A stretch of 63,418 nucleotides of DNA, counting the filler, from Choristocarpus tenellus KU-1152 (lineage: Eukaryota > Protista > Phaeophyceae): assembly GCA_964200185.2 (NCBI GenBank). It is 13 parts of 13 records of this genome, joined end to end, with 100 filler letters (N's around TTAATTAATTAA, not from the genome) between each part and the next. Parts side by side here need not be neighbours in the genome. Positions count along the whole stretch, not along the records: positions 24,166 to 31,083 come from CAXNAD020007066.1; positions 31,184 to 34,325 come from CAXNAD020022016.1; positions 34,426 to 41,490 come from CAXNAD020006760.1; 10 more parts are not named here. One strand, written 5' to 3'. Below are positions 26,078-39,061 of this stretch, piece after piece. Made by a program: the position numbers and the translations under genes. The notes beneath the pieces were generated by a model that was not told the origin of the DNA, did not search any database, and saw only the letters and a list, made by a program, of their open reading frames with translations. Within the stretch, counting starts at the first letter, position 1. Every line of letters begins with the position of its first letter.

Positions 26078-29000
26078 TTGATTTAAACTTGAATTTGGAA
26101 AATGTTCATTTTCTACACAACGGATCTGTTGTGTGAGATCGAGTACACAGCTAGGTTGAGCATTTCCCCTCGTGTTACAGTCCGAAGTAGAGACAAACAT
26201 TAGCCCTTGATCCAGAAGGCTTCATTGTGGCCCATTCTTCAACATGCTTTCCATTCTCTTCTTCAGTCACGACCTCAACCTGGCCTTGCATCAGGCGCTG
26301 GTGGTCTTGATCGTTATCATCCCACCCTTTGTCTCTCTTCCAATCATGATTCATCCTCTCCAGACAAACTGGACTCTTTGTTCGACAGATGAGTCGAAAT
26401 ATTGCTCATGATCTAGGTGCTCATCTCCACTATCCTCGAAGCACTCACTGACACTCATGACTCATTACCGCATGATGAAAGTGTTCCGTGGCCTTGCTTG
26501 TGTGATTCACCACCCTCCACACTCTACTCAGAAGAAAAATATTCGAAAATATCTGAAAGATCATTCTCTTGGACTTCAAGTTTGAAATATATGTATGTAT
26601 GTATGTCGGTTTATTCAAGCCGTATTCGCTACAAAAAAGATATTTCTTGAGTACTCTTCGAAATACTCATATATTCCAAAAACAAGAATCATAATGAGTA
26701 TACAACGATCTGGTGTGTTTGAAAGGAAAACATCCTGCCCTATCATTGTACAGGTATATCCCTATTCCAACCAACGGTAAGGAGAGTACTCGGGTGTTGC
26801 ATCTTGAAGACTTGAGTATGGAACCAGTCTCCCATTCTTTCGGTCATTCCCAACCTTTGCCAATGAATGGGAAATTAGTGGAGTTAGTCGTCGGAACTAT
26901 GTTTTCCTCTGCTCTCTCAATTTTCGTACTGAAATGGTGCACGAAGATGCTCATACACAAACTTCAGTTCTGTTGCTCGGCCCTGCAACCTGCAACCACT
27001 GGAGAATTGAAATAGGCATTACTACCATCCTGATTGTCTGGTCAACGATATTGTGTAGCCAGTCAAGGGCTACAGATGCCTCACACATACACAAGTACTT
27101 GGAACTATACTAATATCGATAGAAGTCTATGTTGTGAATGAATGTGCAGTTACTCAATATCATGGAGGTCTACAAGAGGTAGGCCATTACCTTTTCCCTT
27201 TTGAAATGGATAGGTACTCTTCAAAAGCCCATCAGAAGTTTCAGCAAGGCAAGGAAGAGAATGTAGCGAATTTGTAGGCAGATTCTCTACTGTGAACACA
27301 AACCAGAGATTGCTGTCAAACAAAGATCGGTGTTTTTGATGGCATTGCAACCAACAGAAAACTTCTTGCCACCACTTGGATATGTTCTCTTCTTCATCTC
27401 TCATCAGAATGTAGTACCCAGGCCCCAGGTCCAAGGCCACCTATCTTTTCAGGGGTGAGCTTTTAAGTCATAATGGACCATAGGAATCGAAGCAAAAGGC
27501 AATGCAGCCCTTCTGCATCATTGGTGGGTGTCACCGCACACTATACTTTAAGGGAATATGATATTTCTGTTTGGAGGGATGTCATCTGATGCTTCACGGG
27601 GTGTTGAAGTTGAGGACTGGAGTCTTGGGTGCCTTCCTCACACGCACAAGCTATGAAAAGGTGGAGGGACTGGGATGAATGAAGATCCTTGATCCGCAAG
27701 CAGAGGTGCAGGGATGAGGTGGGTGCAAACAACGACCGGGTAGTGGGCATAGGGGTGTTGGTAGGAATGGGGTAGGGATGACTATGTAGAATTCTACTTT
27801 GTCTCTAGTACATAGCAGAGTGCTTTGTGGGGATATGGTTGCACCCCAGCAGGGACAATCATTTCAAATTGGCCTTGTTGCATTTTGAACACAATATGAA
27901 AGAGGCTCATCTCACCCCAGCAGGTTCCCTTCCAGCAGCAAGTGCCTCCAGTAAGATATCAGCAATACCCAGAATATATTATTTGTTGTTGTAAGGAGAT
28001 TAGACTACTAGCTGACCTCCTATACTGGGCTGTGACTATTGATGATGAGGAGACAGACGTTTGCCCACATTACCTCGAAATTGCGCCTTAGAGTGCTACA
28101 AGTATAGGCACGATGACCTCCACACCCTCAATGACACCCTCCTTTAAGGTAGGATGGCTCTGATATTGTCGTGCCCTTCAAGAAGTACAACATACAAGTT
28201 GGATATTACCAATGCTTAGAAGCTAAGTCAACTCCCCCAGAATCCTGCTCTTCCAGCAGGAGATGGAAAGCTAAAGATTATCATCTGAAATATTTTGACA
28301 TCTGAGAGATCATATTGTTCACATAGGACAGCTTAAGCCTTACTGTTACACTGTTCATGTAAGATGTCAATTTCGTGAGATCACTCCCCTCGGATAATTC
28401 TATGGTACTACTACCAATTATATATTCATATTTTTTGACGTTCCCTCTTACCACGTATTGGGTTTTGTTCTAAATATCGCGATTTGTTTGTCCAGACTTC
28501 CAAGGAAAGGTGTTTTCCACAGACAAATTTTTATCGCAATAGCTTGCCAACTATAGACCAGAAAAGAACCAAAACACAGGGGGTCTCCATACCTTGGGGA
28601 TCGTTTGTATATATGTTCAGTACAAAATACTCTTGCCTTTCTCAAGCTTTCGAACATCTTGCTTATGTTCGTATACCATCAACATCATAGCCAATCTCCA
28701 GACATCAGATGTCATGTAGCAAATGGCTACCACTATTACCTTGGACAACTGAAGCTGTTCCAACATTCGGAGGAACATACATGTGCCTAAGGTTCTCCGG
28801 GATAACATGTGATATTGAGGAAATGGGCCTGAGCAATGGCTAGACAAAGGGTGCTGTTAGTATGGAGCAAATGTATGAGCTCCAGCAATTGCCCTACAAC
28901 TCGTAATTGATGTTATGACCAGCAACTACTGTGGATGTATACTACATGTCTGTTCTCTTGTTGCATTTTTCCTTCTCTCCTTGATACCAAATTCCTTCCA

Positions 29001-29215
29001 TTTCTCACCTTCTCCGAATCAACAGACCGATGAATTAATGTGTGAAAGGATTTCAACAAGGTGGAATCTTCTGATGTCAAATCGGCATCACAGTATAATG
29101 ACAATATGTTATTACTATGGAACAAAATATTGTCAAAGAGCAACGCCTTACATCTATACTGGACAAGGACATTACAGAGGAAAGATCACCAAACATCAGC
29201 CTGTCAACAGAGGCT

Positions 29216-29399
29216 GGTTCAAAGTATCTCGGGTGGGGGGGAGGCAGCTGTCCATTTGGGGCCAATCTTTCATGTCGTGATTTTTGGGTGATTTGGTTTC
29301 ATACGTCGGATGGATAATGTAAGGTGCACTCTTCCTTCTTATGGACCAAATGGATACCCTGGTGTAGACCTCCCCAACCCCCCACGGATACTTTGGGCC
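29216..29399 (+). mobile_element. MITE family C, complete diverged copy
   Basis: GGTTCAAAGTATCTCGGG...GGATACTTTGGGCC; flanks GCT/GTT. Confidence 0.85.
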
Positions 29400-32300
29400 G
29401 TTATTTGAAAGCGGTGTGATAGACAACCGACCTTACACAGCAAATGAACTTCAATAATTTATCGTGGTATGGGCGTGATAGAGCTTACTGACCCCCGAAA
29501 AATATAGTCCAGACTATCCACACTATATCAATAGAGCAAGACAGCACTAGCATTGTCATCGATAGCATCTGTTATAGGTGGTATTTGATCCAATATTCTA
29601 GGTCAGCACCTAGTGATGAGTGCTAGGTTGTCCAAGGTGTGGGTGGTGTGAATAGTTTTGATTTGATAATATCGCAATTGATTGAGACTGAAAATCAAGG
29701 TCTAACGTATTTGATTTTTCTTGGGATATATTCTTGAGTGTGCTTGCACTACACACTCAACTCAAGAAGCCCTCAAGGATTCCGGCATTTCATGCACCTT
29801 GATTTGTGTACTCCTTGAGATTTCCATTTCATTTATGCACAAGATCAGTTGTTTTGACCATATTCAAGTTGATATATATGTTGATATGTGATAAAAATGC
29901 TTTGGGTTTACAATAGTAGAATCTATACCCACCACTAAGGTGTGAACATCTTACGCACTGGCAGATCCCCACAACACCTTTCTGGGTAGATCTACCTGCT
30001 CTAGACTCACAGAATACAGTGTGGCACGGACCATTGATTGATTGGATTGATAGTAGAGCAACCAACCCACAAAAGGAGGTATTTCTGCACCTCAGACCAC
30101 ACGTTGGATCATAGCAAACCAAAATGATACACTTTCAAATTCACTGACAGAGATACAGTACCATGCTCCATGGTATAGTATGTGATTGTATCTAAGTTGG
30201 GACTAGGAAGCCTATACTATATTTCTTTGACCATACCTTGCCCCAAACTGGTCCGAGGTGCTAGTCCAACTTCTTGCACTAATGTTTCCTCACCAAGTAC
30301 AACCACTACTGCATAGTAGTAATGATTTTTTGCACTTTGAACAATTGCACCTCTCCACACGTGCTTTGCATTTTTCTCCCACTTTCATTCCGCCATCATC
30401 CCACAAATCGTCACTGCACCTCCGCCCTAGAATCTTGTTTACAGTACTTGACACAGGTTGCAGTAAGATCTTCCCACAGCACACACACACACAATGACAA
30501 CTACAACTATACACAGGAGGGTACAGACAGGTAACCGTTCCGTTGTTGTGCTTGCCTTGTGGTGTACACATGAACATATCAAGTTTGCCTGAGATAAGAC
30601 TGATGTGACCTCGACTCTGGTCCCTCCATGATATTTTCTCCACACTCTGTAATAGTACCTCACTCGAATTGTATCTGGACTGTGATTGTAAGGTAAGAGG
30701 ACACTCCTATCACCTTTGGCTGTTTGATTGGATAGATGTGGTTGACTGATAGATTGATGGATGGGGGTCCTAGGCTGGATGCCAGACCCATCAATTCAAG
30801 GCTCCGCTATGGGTGGTGTTACTAGTGCTTTGTGACTGTATAGTGTCTTTTTGTGGCGATGTTTTGATCTCCCCTATATGCCAGTTCTGCACGAAGTTTG
30901 TATTGATCTATCCTCCACAAGCCTGTCACATCGAATTTTCTCACGTTGTACGTAAGTCCCACCTCTCAGCCGGAATGTTGATACCCTCAAGGTAGTTATG
31001 TTAAACGCATGATCACCGCCCATATCTTCTCTGTTCCTCCTCCCTCTTATCTTCCCCTTCAGTTCCTTAGGTAGTTGCAATTCNNNNNNNNNNNNNNNNN
31101 NNNNNNNNNNNNNNNNNNNNNNNNNNNTTAATTAATTAANNNNNNNNNNNNNNNNNNNNNNNNNNNNNNNNNNNNNNNNNNNNTGGAAAAAAGACGCAGA
31201 CAGGGGTAGGGAGGGGCAGGGGGGGGGGGAACAAGGGTAAGGTGTGCCTGGGGGGGGATTGTGCTTACCTCTACAGAAGGGGATGACCTAGCTGAATGTG
31301 CATCTGTAAATGTGGTGTCTGTTTATTACCTAACCTTCAAAGTAGGAACTGAGGCATTCTAAAATACTCTGCGGCATAACAGGATGGGGCCCTGCCAAAT
31401 AGCATCAAATTAGTCACATTCTGGACCAGCCTGTCCCCAAGAATTTTGACAACATTTTTGGACTAGTGGTAAAGGGGAAAGGGGGTTGTCAGACAAATGT
31501 TAGATATATGCACTGCTTCGTGTCTAGGGATATGTACTACTACCTTTTGCCCACAATTGTTTGCGATAAAAGATAAATTTTGCCTTTACTTTGTTGCCAA
31601 GTAAGGAGAGTGATGATTGCCCTTGCAACGATGGAGATTTACATAGTGGAGTATGGCCATTTTGAACAGATTTTTGTTTTGAGATTTTGAATTACGAATA
31701 CATTCAAGATTTTTTGTTCGTATCATATTCATGGTAGAGTCCTAGCGGTTTGGATGTGAAATCTTGGGATCATATGCTCTATTTAATGTCTAGTGCTCCT
31801 GGTTGAGGATTGATATGAACTTGTGCCCTAACTTTAGTATTAAATTGTATAGCGTACAATAGTGGCCTTCCTACACACCAACAGGGGCCGTAGTATCCTT
31901 CAAACTAATAAATAAGACCCCTTCCAAAATAGGTAACAGTTGCGTTGTGTGTCTAAGCAAGAAACATAATGCTCGTAATATTTGTTTTTAATGGCCACTG
32001 ACACTTTGATGGTGTTATCATATGGAGGAAAAGAAGTTACAAACTGCATACTTCTGGATGAAGAACGCCTTGATCCAGAAGGGCAGAGTGCATCATGAAG
32101 CCACCAGATTGAGAGTATGTGCTCAAGATTTCATGGGAGAAACAGTTACGCTGATTGTTGAATGTTGTGCTGAGCTGTGTGTGAAGAGATTGATGGAAGG
32201 CTTGCAGAAAATCTGTCCCTGTGCACTTGGTCGTGAGGGTGGTGTCAGTGCTTGTATAGTCTCCAATCCCACCACCGTCAAGAAGCTTGGGAATATCCAT

Positions 32301-34176
32301 AGGAAGATCGAGGTGGAGAAGATGCATAAATGGAACGGAGATGTATGTGCTGGGGTGGGGTGGAAGGGTAGTGCCAATAGATTAGCAGGGGAGCATCGCA
32401 CACTTCTCTATACATGGACAACGAAGACAACCTTGGCCAGGTGTGCGCAGAGGCAGCTTTTTGATGTACAAATCATTTCTATGCTTCAAACAAGAAGTGC
32501 ACTAGAGCAGCAATTGATTAAGCTGAGGTACAAATGTGTAGAATCACCTTTAACATAGTATACTCCAGTTGTTAAGTCTATGATCCTATTCTCATTATGC
32601 AAGAAAGCACGTTTAGACAACCATGAAATGATTCACACTCTGGGACTCCAAGGTAGGACATACAGTTTGCAGATTTGTTTTTGATACCTTTCTGTTGTAT
32701 TGGCTAGACTGTGGGATAGGATGTAGCATCCCACATCCAACTAAAGATTTGATAAAGTACTGGATTCAGGTTTTCGACTGTCTTTGCAGCTGAACTGGTG
32801 ACCTGGTGCTTTGAATTGCAGGTAAAATGAGACACGATCCAAAGATGGTTGATCTAGTGTTGTCATCCATGCTCAACACTCTTTGTAACACCATCTGGGG
32901 AGATTTCAAGGACACCATGGACACTTCTGGTGAAACCAAGACAGCTGAGCACATCAGGGATGAAGTGCATAAGAGCACCACAGAGCACATGGACTCGTAA
33001 TTTATAAATGGGTTCAGGAAGAGGAATGAGGTTAATAGAGAAGAATGCAAGGATGACAGGAGCAGTGTGTGTAGCATATGGCGTGGACCTCATTTGGGAA
33101 GGCTCAAGCAAAATGGTGTGGGGGACGGTAGGCAGGATCATCATTTTATATGTACACTTTTCCTCACATTTGTAGGTGTGACGGGTGGCACTGAAAAATC
33201 AATGATGCAAAAAAATCTTGTACATCAATCCATATTGCCATGCTTGACAAGGTCAGAGGTAAGTATGAATGTGGAGATAAGTTCCTTGACTGATGACAAG
33301 TGGTAGCAGCTTGACCCAGCTATTCTATGGCTCAAGCGTAAGGATTGACAAGGATTCTCCAATTTTTGTTGTGTGTTACGCATGGTAGGCCTTGTTGTGC
33401 ATCTTTTAGAAGATGACTACTGCGTGCAAGCAAATTGAAATGATCATGAACCACCGCGTCTCTTACGTTGTACATCAAAAAGGTAGACAATGTACTCCTC
33501 TCATGCGGTGAAACACATTTTGCTGCATTTATTATGATGCAACAACTTAAGGAGGTAGTAGCAGCAAGCAAATAGTGAAAGCAGTGACTTAGGGGCAGGG
33601 ATTATCATGAAGCTGGAAACTCTTCAAAGTCTAGATATACGACAGTGAGCTTTCGAACAAAGAGATACTCCTGTGTGTGTTTCTAATCCTGTACGGCCTC
33701 ACTGCGCCTTTGTGTTTGAAACAGGACTGTCGCTGGTGAGGTTCAGCACAAGATGGGTGAGATATGACAGGTTTTCAGAATATTAGGATGCCAGTGCCCT
33801 GAAAAGCACAGATGTTGTATGCATTCATGAGGATCGGTGAGAGTATCGTGAACATAAATGTTGTGCTGCAGGACCCAGAGGGTAATGTAGTGTGTTAGAG
33901 AATAAGAAATATAAGTTGGCAAATATGTAGAACTACCACATTATGCGGCAGCTGTACTGCTCTAAATTTTTAGGAAGGCATCTTGGGTGTGTCACACTGC
34001 TTGCCTTTCTCCTTCGCTTCCCTCTGACCAGTGTATCCCTACTATTATCTATACCTGTGGTTGTTAAAGGCAGGCAGATGTCCTCTCATTATGAGCTGTA
34101 CAAGAACCTATGTGTGTTCTCCAACATGTGGCTTGGTCAAGAGGTACATACTGTGAGGGATTTGTTGATTGGATGT

Positions 34177-34325
34177 GAGTGAAAGTATCTTAGAGGGTAC
34201 GAGTTTTGCCCTGTTTGTCCTCTTGGGGCTTGGCTTCCCACAGGTGTTTTAAGACATTTTTCTATTCCGATATGTTTCGGAGTAGGTAAAATTAATACGT
34301 TATGAAAAGGTGTGTGCGGAACAAG
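34177..34325 (+). mobile_element. MITE family A, left part at contig end
   Basis: GAGTGAAAGTATCTTAGAGGGTACGAGTTTTGCCC... Confidence 0.9.
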
Positions 34326-34484
34326 NNNNNNNNNNNNNNNNNNNNNNNNNNNNNNNNNNNNNNNNNNNNTTAATTAATTAANNNNNNNNNNNNNNNNNNN
34401 NNNNNNNNNNNNNNNNNNNNNNNNNGTGGGTGGTGTGGGTGGAGGGGTCCAACGTGAAAGGAGGAAGAGAAGAAAAAAAAAAAA

Positions 34485-34536
<52 letters not shown>

Positions 34537-36094
34537 ATCGTCTACCGGTTCTGCACGTACATATACGCATACAGCAGAGACACACGATCGGTGTGGCCTC
34601 GAAGTCTGAGGAAAAACGCACAATCAGTGCCAGTGCTACCCACCTCTCCCGTGCACACCCTTCCTTCTTCCATCGAACATTATTCCGAATATTTGTATTG
34701 AATCTCCCAACCGAAATGATATTGGGACTCTGCTGTGGCCGTTGGCACTCGGAAAGATAGGTGGATGTACAAGAGCAGGCACGCCATTGGTTCGTTACGG
34801 AACAACCATAGCCAAAAAAAAAAGATTTCGAGGCAGCGAGTAGACGTGTGCGCGCGCGAGAGAGAGAGATTGAGACGAGGCTGAGATCGGGAAGGCCCAG
34901 TTAGAGCCGGTGCAAGATGCGATCGAGGGTGCACGTGGGGTGACGGGTCCACGATGAACCGCGAGCAGACGCGCGAAACGTTCTGTCGGTGCGATAAGTG
35001 CAACATGAACGCACGAGGTTTACCACAGCTCTGTTGTAGTCAGCCCTTTGAGTGAACGTAGGCAAGTGGCCCCTTCATGGACGCGGTGGAGGACGCAATT
35101 GACTCAGTCTCGTGGAGGTTCAAGATATAGACTGCTACTACGAAGCATGGAGCAGCGACAGCGCAAGCGCAGGGGCAGTAGAGTATCTGGCAACACCTCT
35201 AACAATAAATCGCACACTTGATCCCCAACCATGAGTGCGGATATGACGTGCCTTGTTTCATAAACAGAAGATTAATGGTAAGCTAGAAGAAATATGAGCA
35301 CTAGGGTTTTTCCGTCTCTTTCGGTGTGCAATTTTTTTTTGGGAAGGGATAATGCGATCAGGAAAGATGCACCATACGGAACTTGTATATTTTTTTCTAC
35401 AGTTGGAACAAAAAGGGATGGGTAGGGTAGGGTGGGGGGGGAGGGGGGCATAGGGAGCAGAGTAGAATATTTTTCCTTCAAGATATATTTGCTGGGACCG
35501 CTTGTTGTGCATGGAATGTCCTGCCTTTCCAGTCTTGAGTTGAGGACAGTAACATAGTGTGTCATTCGAATTGAAACACCAAAGTCATTGTGAATAAGTG
35601 GCGACAAGGACTGGGCTTTTTGCACACGAAGTACAATCGTGAACAGATGTAAGGATTTGACAGCTGTTGCAGTCTATCGACTTATTTACTTAGCAGGGCT
35701 ACTGTTACCGACGTTCAAGATGCTTACTCATCGCCTCAATACAGTTACAACATTAAACCCCTACATCGTGATCGCAACCGGAGGACATTTTTGAATGCAG
35801 AAGTTGCTTTCGCGTTCCCGAAGTGGATGGCATATTGAGGAGGACAACATCCTGATCGTAAGCACAGGAGGTACTCTTCTTACAGGTCATCTAATGTCCG
35901 TGCGTGGTTACTCCCACTCGTTGGACGATTGATTTAACAGGAAGTACCCTCACCTTGAAACAAAAATACAGAGTGGGTTTCGCGACGAGTCAAAAGCCAG
36001 AGCATAACGTTCAAGGCTATGTACTTGTCTACAAGAGCTGAACAAAACAGGAATGATACGGTGGATTCAACAACAAATAAAAGGCTTGTCTTAC

Positions 36095-36573
36095 CCCAGG
36101 TAATACGAGCCAAATGTCTTGAGAGTAGCAGGGTAAGCTTCCTCTCGGCTCAAGCCACTATCCAGCCCAACCTGTGTGCTCCATTCCTTAACCATACCAA
36201 GTAGTATCCTCAGCACGCCCTGTTGGTAACGTGAATACATAAGGGGAGCTTGAAGAGGTCGATTTTAGAGAGTTGGTGTCTGACCATTGTTTATAGGAAG
36301 CAGTTTAGAGGTTGGGTTGACCCATACAACACCATCATGATGAATCAGCTCGACAAGTCACAAGGTAGATCCAGAGACGCGATTGTCGTTGACAATTTAC
36401 TATTTGCGAAAGGTGGGAGACAGTTTGAAAAGAGGAGGCAGGACCTTTCGACGTTTGGATCCCTCGCTGTCTTCGTATAACCCCATAGCCCGAAGAAACT
36501 TTTCTAGTTCCGCAGAGTTCTCTAATTCTTTCTGACTGGGCACCGCGTGCGATATCACCGACTCGAACTCCAT
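36095..36573 (-). CDS. PAP: Canonical poly(A) polymerase, exons 1-2
   Basis: Exon 36573-36445 reads MEFESVISHAVPSQKELENSAELEKFLRAMGLYEDSEGSKRRK. Exon 36219-36095 reads GVLRILLGMVKEWST...LKTFGSYYLG. These match the PAP N-terminus and the FGSYRLG motif. The next exon (DID) was not found in this contig. Confidence 0.85.
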
Positions 36574-37052
36574 CGTCGTCCCCCCTTCCACCCAACGTTG
36601 TGGTCAGCAGGTTGGTTCCTCGTCAAAAATGATATTGGAGATACGTATTACTTCAGAGGCATCGGTCCTCCCTTTTTGTTACTTGCTGTTGCTCGCTTTT
36701 TGGTTGTTGCTTGTTGGTTGTTGCTTGTTGCTTACTGCTTTTATGTTGTTAGTTTGCTCCTCTGCATTCCAAATTCTTGCCTCTCCACTTCTCTGATTTG
36801 CAAGGGGCGCGTAAAAACTTGAATCATCCTGAACCTTCCCGGCAAGAACCTTTGTTAGTGTGTTGGAGATACGTGCCCCCCCCCTCTTCACAATAAGAGT
36901 TGGTACGTCCTTGTCCTGAATTGCTACGTCCTTCACCAGTCCAACAAAACTTTTTCGAAGTCTACGCTACCAGCAGTACAGTGCTACTGCCAGGGTTTGC
37001 TCCGAGGAATTATTTTCGGGAGGATTTTGTGAAGAAAGAGGGAAGTAGAGTC
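36574..37052. promoter_or_regulatory. Probable bidirectional promoter and 5' UTRs between PAP and the ABC1 kinase
   Basis: 479 bp separate the divergent ATGs; the region is comparatively CpG-rich. Confidence 0.55.
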
Positions 37053-39061
37053 ATGCAAGCCGGGCGTCTGCTAGGTCGAGGCTCAGGTATGACTTAACTC
37101 ACAGCATGTCACACTTCGCATATTTTGCAATGGGTGCAGCTCAAATGACGTGCTCCAGATACCCCCGACTTGTTTAGCCTACTATGTGATACCTTCTTAT
37201 TGCACAGCGTAAGTGAATGTTTGGACTGAATATGGACGATGGAGACATCTGATTCGCGAACTCTTTCCAACGATACTGTCAAGTGATGCCATCCCCAATT
37301 ACCACCCTGTTCCATTGTCTCCTGAACCTCAGCTCTCCTTCTGGGGTCTGGAGTTGCTGTTGGAGTCGGATACTTCAAGGTCAAAACTGACGACCGCTGG
37401 AACAAGAGCTTTGTGGGCCTACAGCGGTCAGCATGTAAGATCCAAGCCCAGATCATCCCTACCTACTACAACCAACTGACCTCCCCAACTGCTACAACGC
37501 ATTCCAGCTTGCTCTACTGCCCATGCCTTGCTCGTAATTCGAGACTTGCAATCCCATTACCGACCTCCTCCAGAATTGAGTTATCTGGCACCACGAGCCG
37601 GGGGCATCCTTCTGAGTACTCGAACAAATTATATTGTTGATGCACACGCGATTACGATCAACTGCGTACTCGTGAAAGCATGCGCGAAAATCAAGCAAGG
37701 CTCAAAAACCATAACCCTACGAATATTTATCTCAATCAAATAATAACATGCCAGCCAACCTGCTGCACCTCTTATACCGCCACTCCTCGTTTTTTTGTGA
37801 TGATCAGTGTTCTGGTCTCTCACCATGCCTATTTACCTTGACTACCGAGCAACTCAGTGGAGGGTACAGAGTTTGCCCGACAAGGAGCAGGTATTGCTAC
37901 CTCTTCCCTTACACATGGATTTATCATGTATCATGTACTCTGTCTTTCTCTTCTTGAATGTGTGTGAATGATGTGCTCAAGGAGGTGGGAGGAGGCAAGG
38001 AATGTGTGCACTCACTATACAGGTGGACTGTAGTTTAGGAGGTTTGTAAGTCTTTACTTCAGGAAGTCCAATGGCAAACTTTGTTGCTTCTTAATTGCCT
38101 GATGTTATTTTGGTGGTTAGACCCTTGAGTAACTGATATGGATGCACCTTCCAACAGTTTTTTGGAATCAACGCCTATCATCATGTCTCGTCAAGTAGGT
38201 ACAACCCACCGGTTTGAAACCTCTATTGAAAAGTTGTCAGTTTTTGAGGCAGGATGATATTATTCCACTGCTTCTGTCCCGAGGAATAAGATACATTTGA
38301 GGTATACTTCAAGTTATGCACATAAGGACCACCCTGTTGTTGTGCTGAGTACCTTGGTGTACTTAAGTATATATTACACTCCATTATGAAGGTAAAGCTT
38401 GAGCAAGAAGTTGGTGACTATGCCCGTTGGGTGGTTAAGGACCTGTTTTTGCTGCCTTGAAAGACCCCCGATTATCCTGCTCTGCTTTAGCCAATTGTCA
38501 GACTCCTTTGGCATTCTCAGTCATCTTCTGATTGGTGGGTGAGACAAGTGATGGAATCCTTCTAACTGGGAATTTCCAAGTTTTCGTCTTGCTTTGACCC
38601 TCCTTTGCTCCCCTCTGCTCTCACCAAACTGCACAGGCAACTAAATTTTGACACTTGAGCTGACCTATGAGAGAGCACTTTGCATGATGATGAAGTCGGG
38701 TAGATCAAATTCAATGTGGGGAATAAATTGTGTTGAATACTTTTCAAATATCTCTTACTTTTCCAGTCAGAGGTAGTGCCGTGTATGTAATTCCCCTGAC
38801 TTTCGAAATGTTTGTTCTATGACATCTATGTGCTCAAAGTGTATTTGCTGACGTACTGCTGCTACAAATCTTTGTATGTGTGCGCGCGCATGTGTGTGTG
38901 TGTGTTTTCTTTTTGTGCTGATGTGTGCTTACATTGCATGCATTTTTTTGGCCCAATAAATATTAACAAATAAACAGGATGAGGCCTACGCACCACTCCA
39001 TGATAAGTATGCACAGGAAGTCCTGGACATTATCCTCCGTCTCAAGGGTTTCTACGTGAAG
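37053..39061 (+). CDS. ABC1/AarF (UbiB-family) atypical kinase, 5' exons
   Basis: Exons 37053-37086, 37333-37434, 37808-37890 and 38978-39061 splice in phase. They give MQAGRLLGRGSALLLGSGVAVGVGYFK...QRSALFWSLTMPIYLDYR...LHDKYAQEVLDIILRLKGFYVK, the start of the ABC1 LxGxxxKxGQ motif. Confidence 0.85.

Noticed and set aside
32022-32558. 178-aa plus-strand ORF as a real gene
   Set aside because: It has no recognisable motifs or splice context; it may be the antisense shadow of decayed minus-strand coding sequence.
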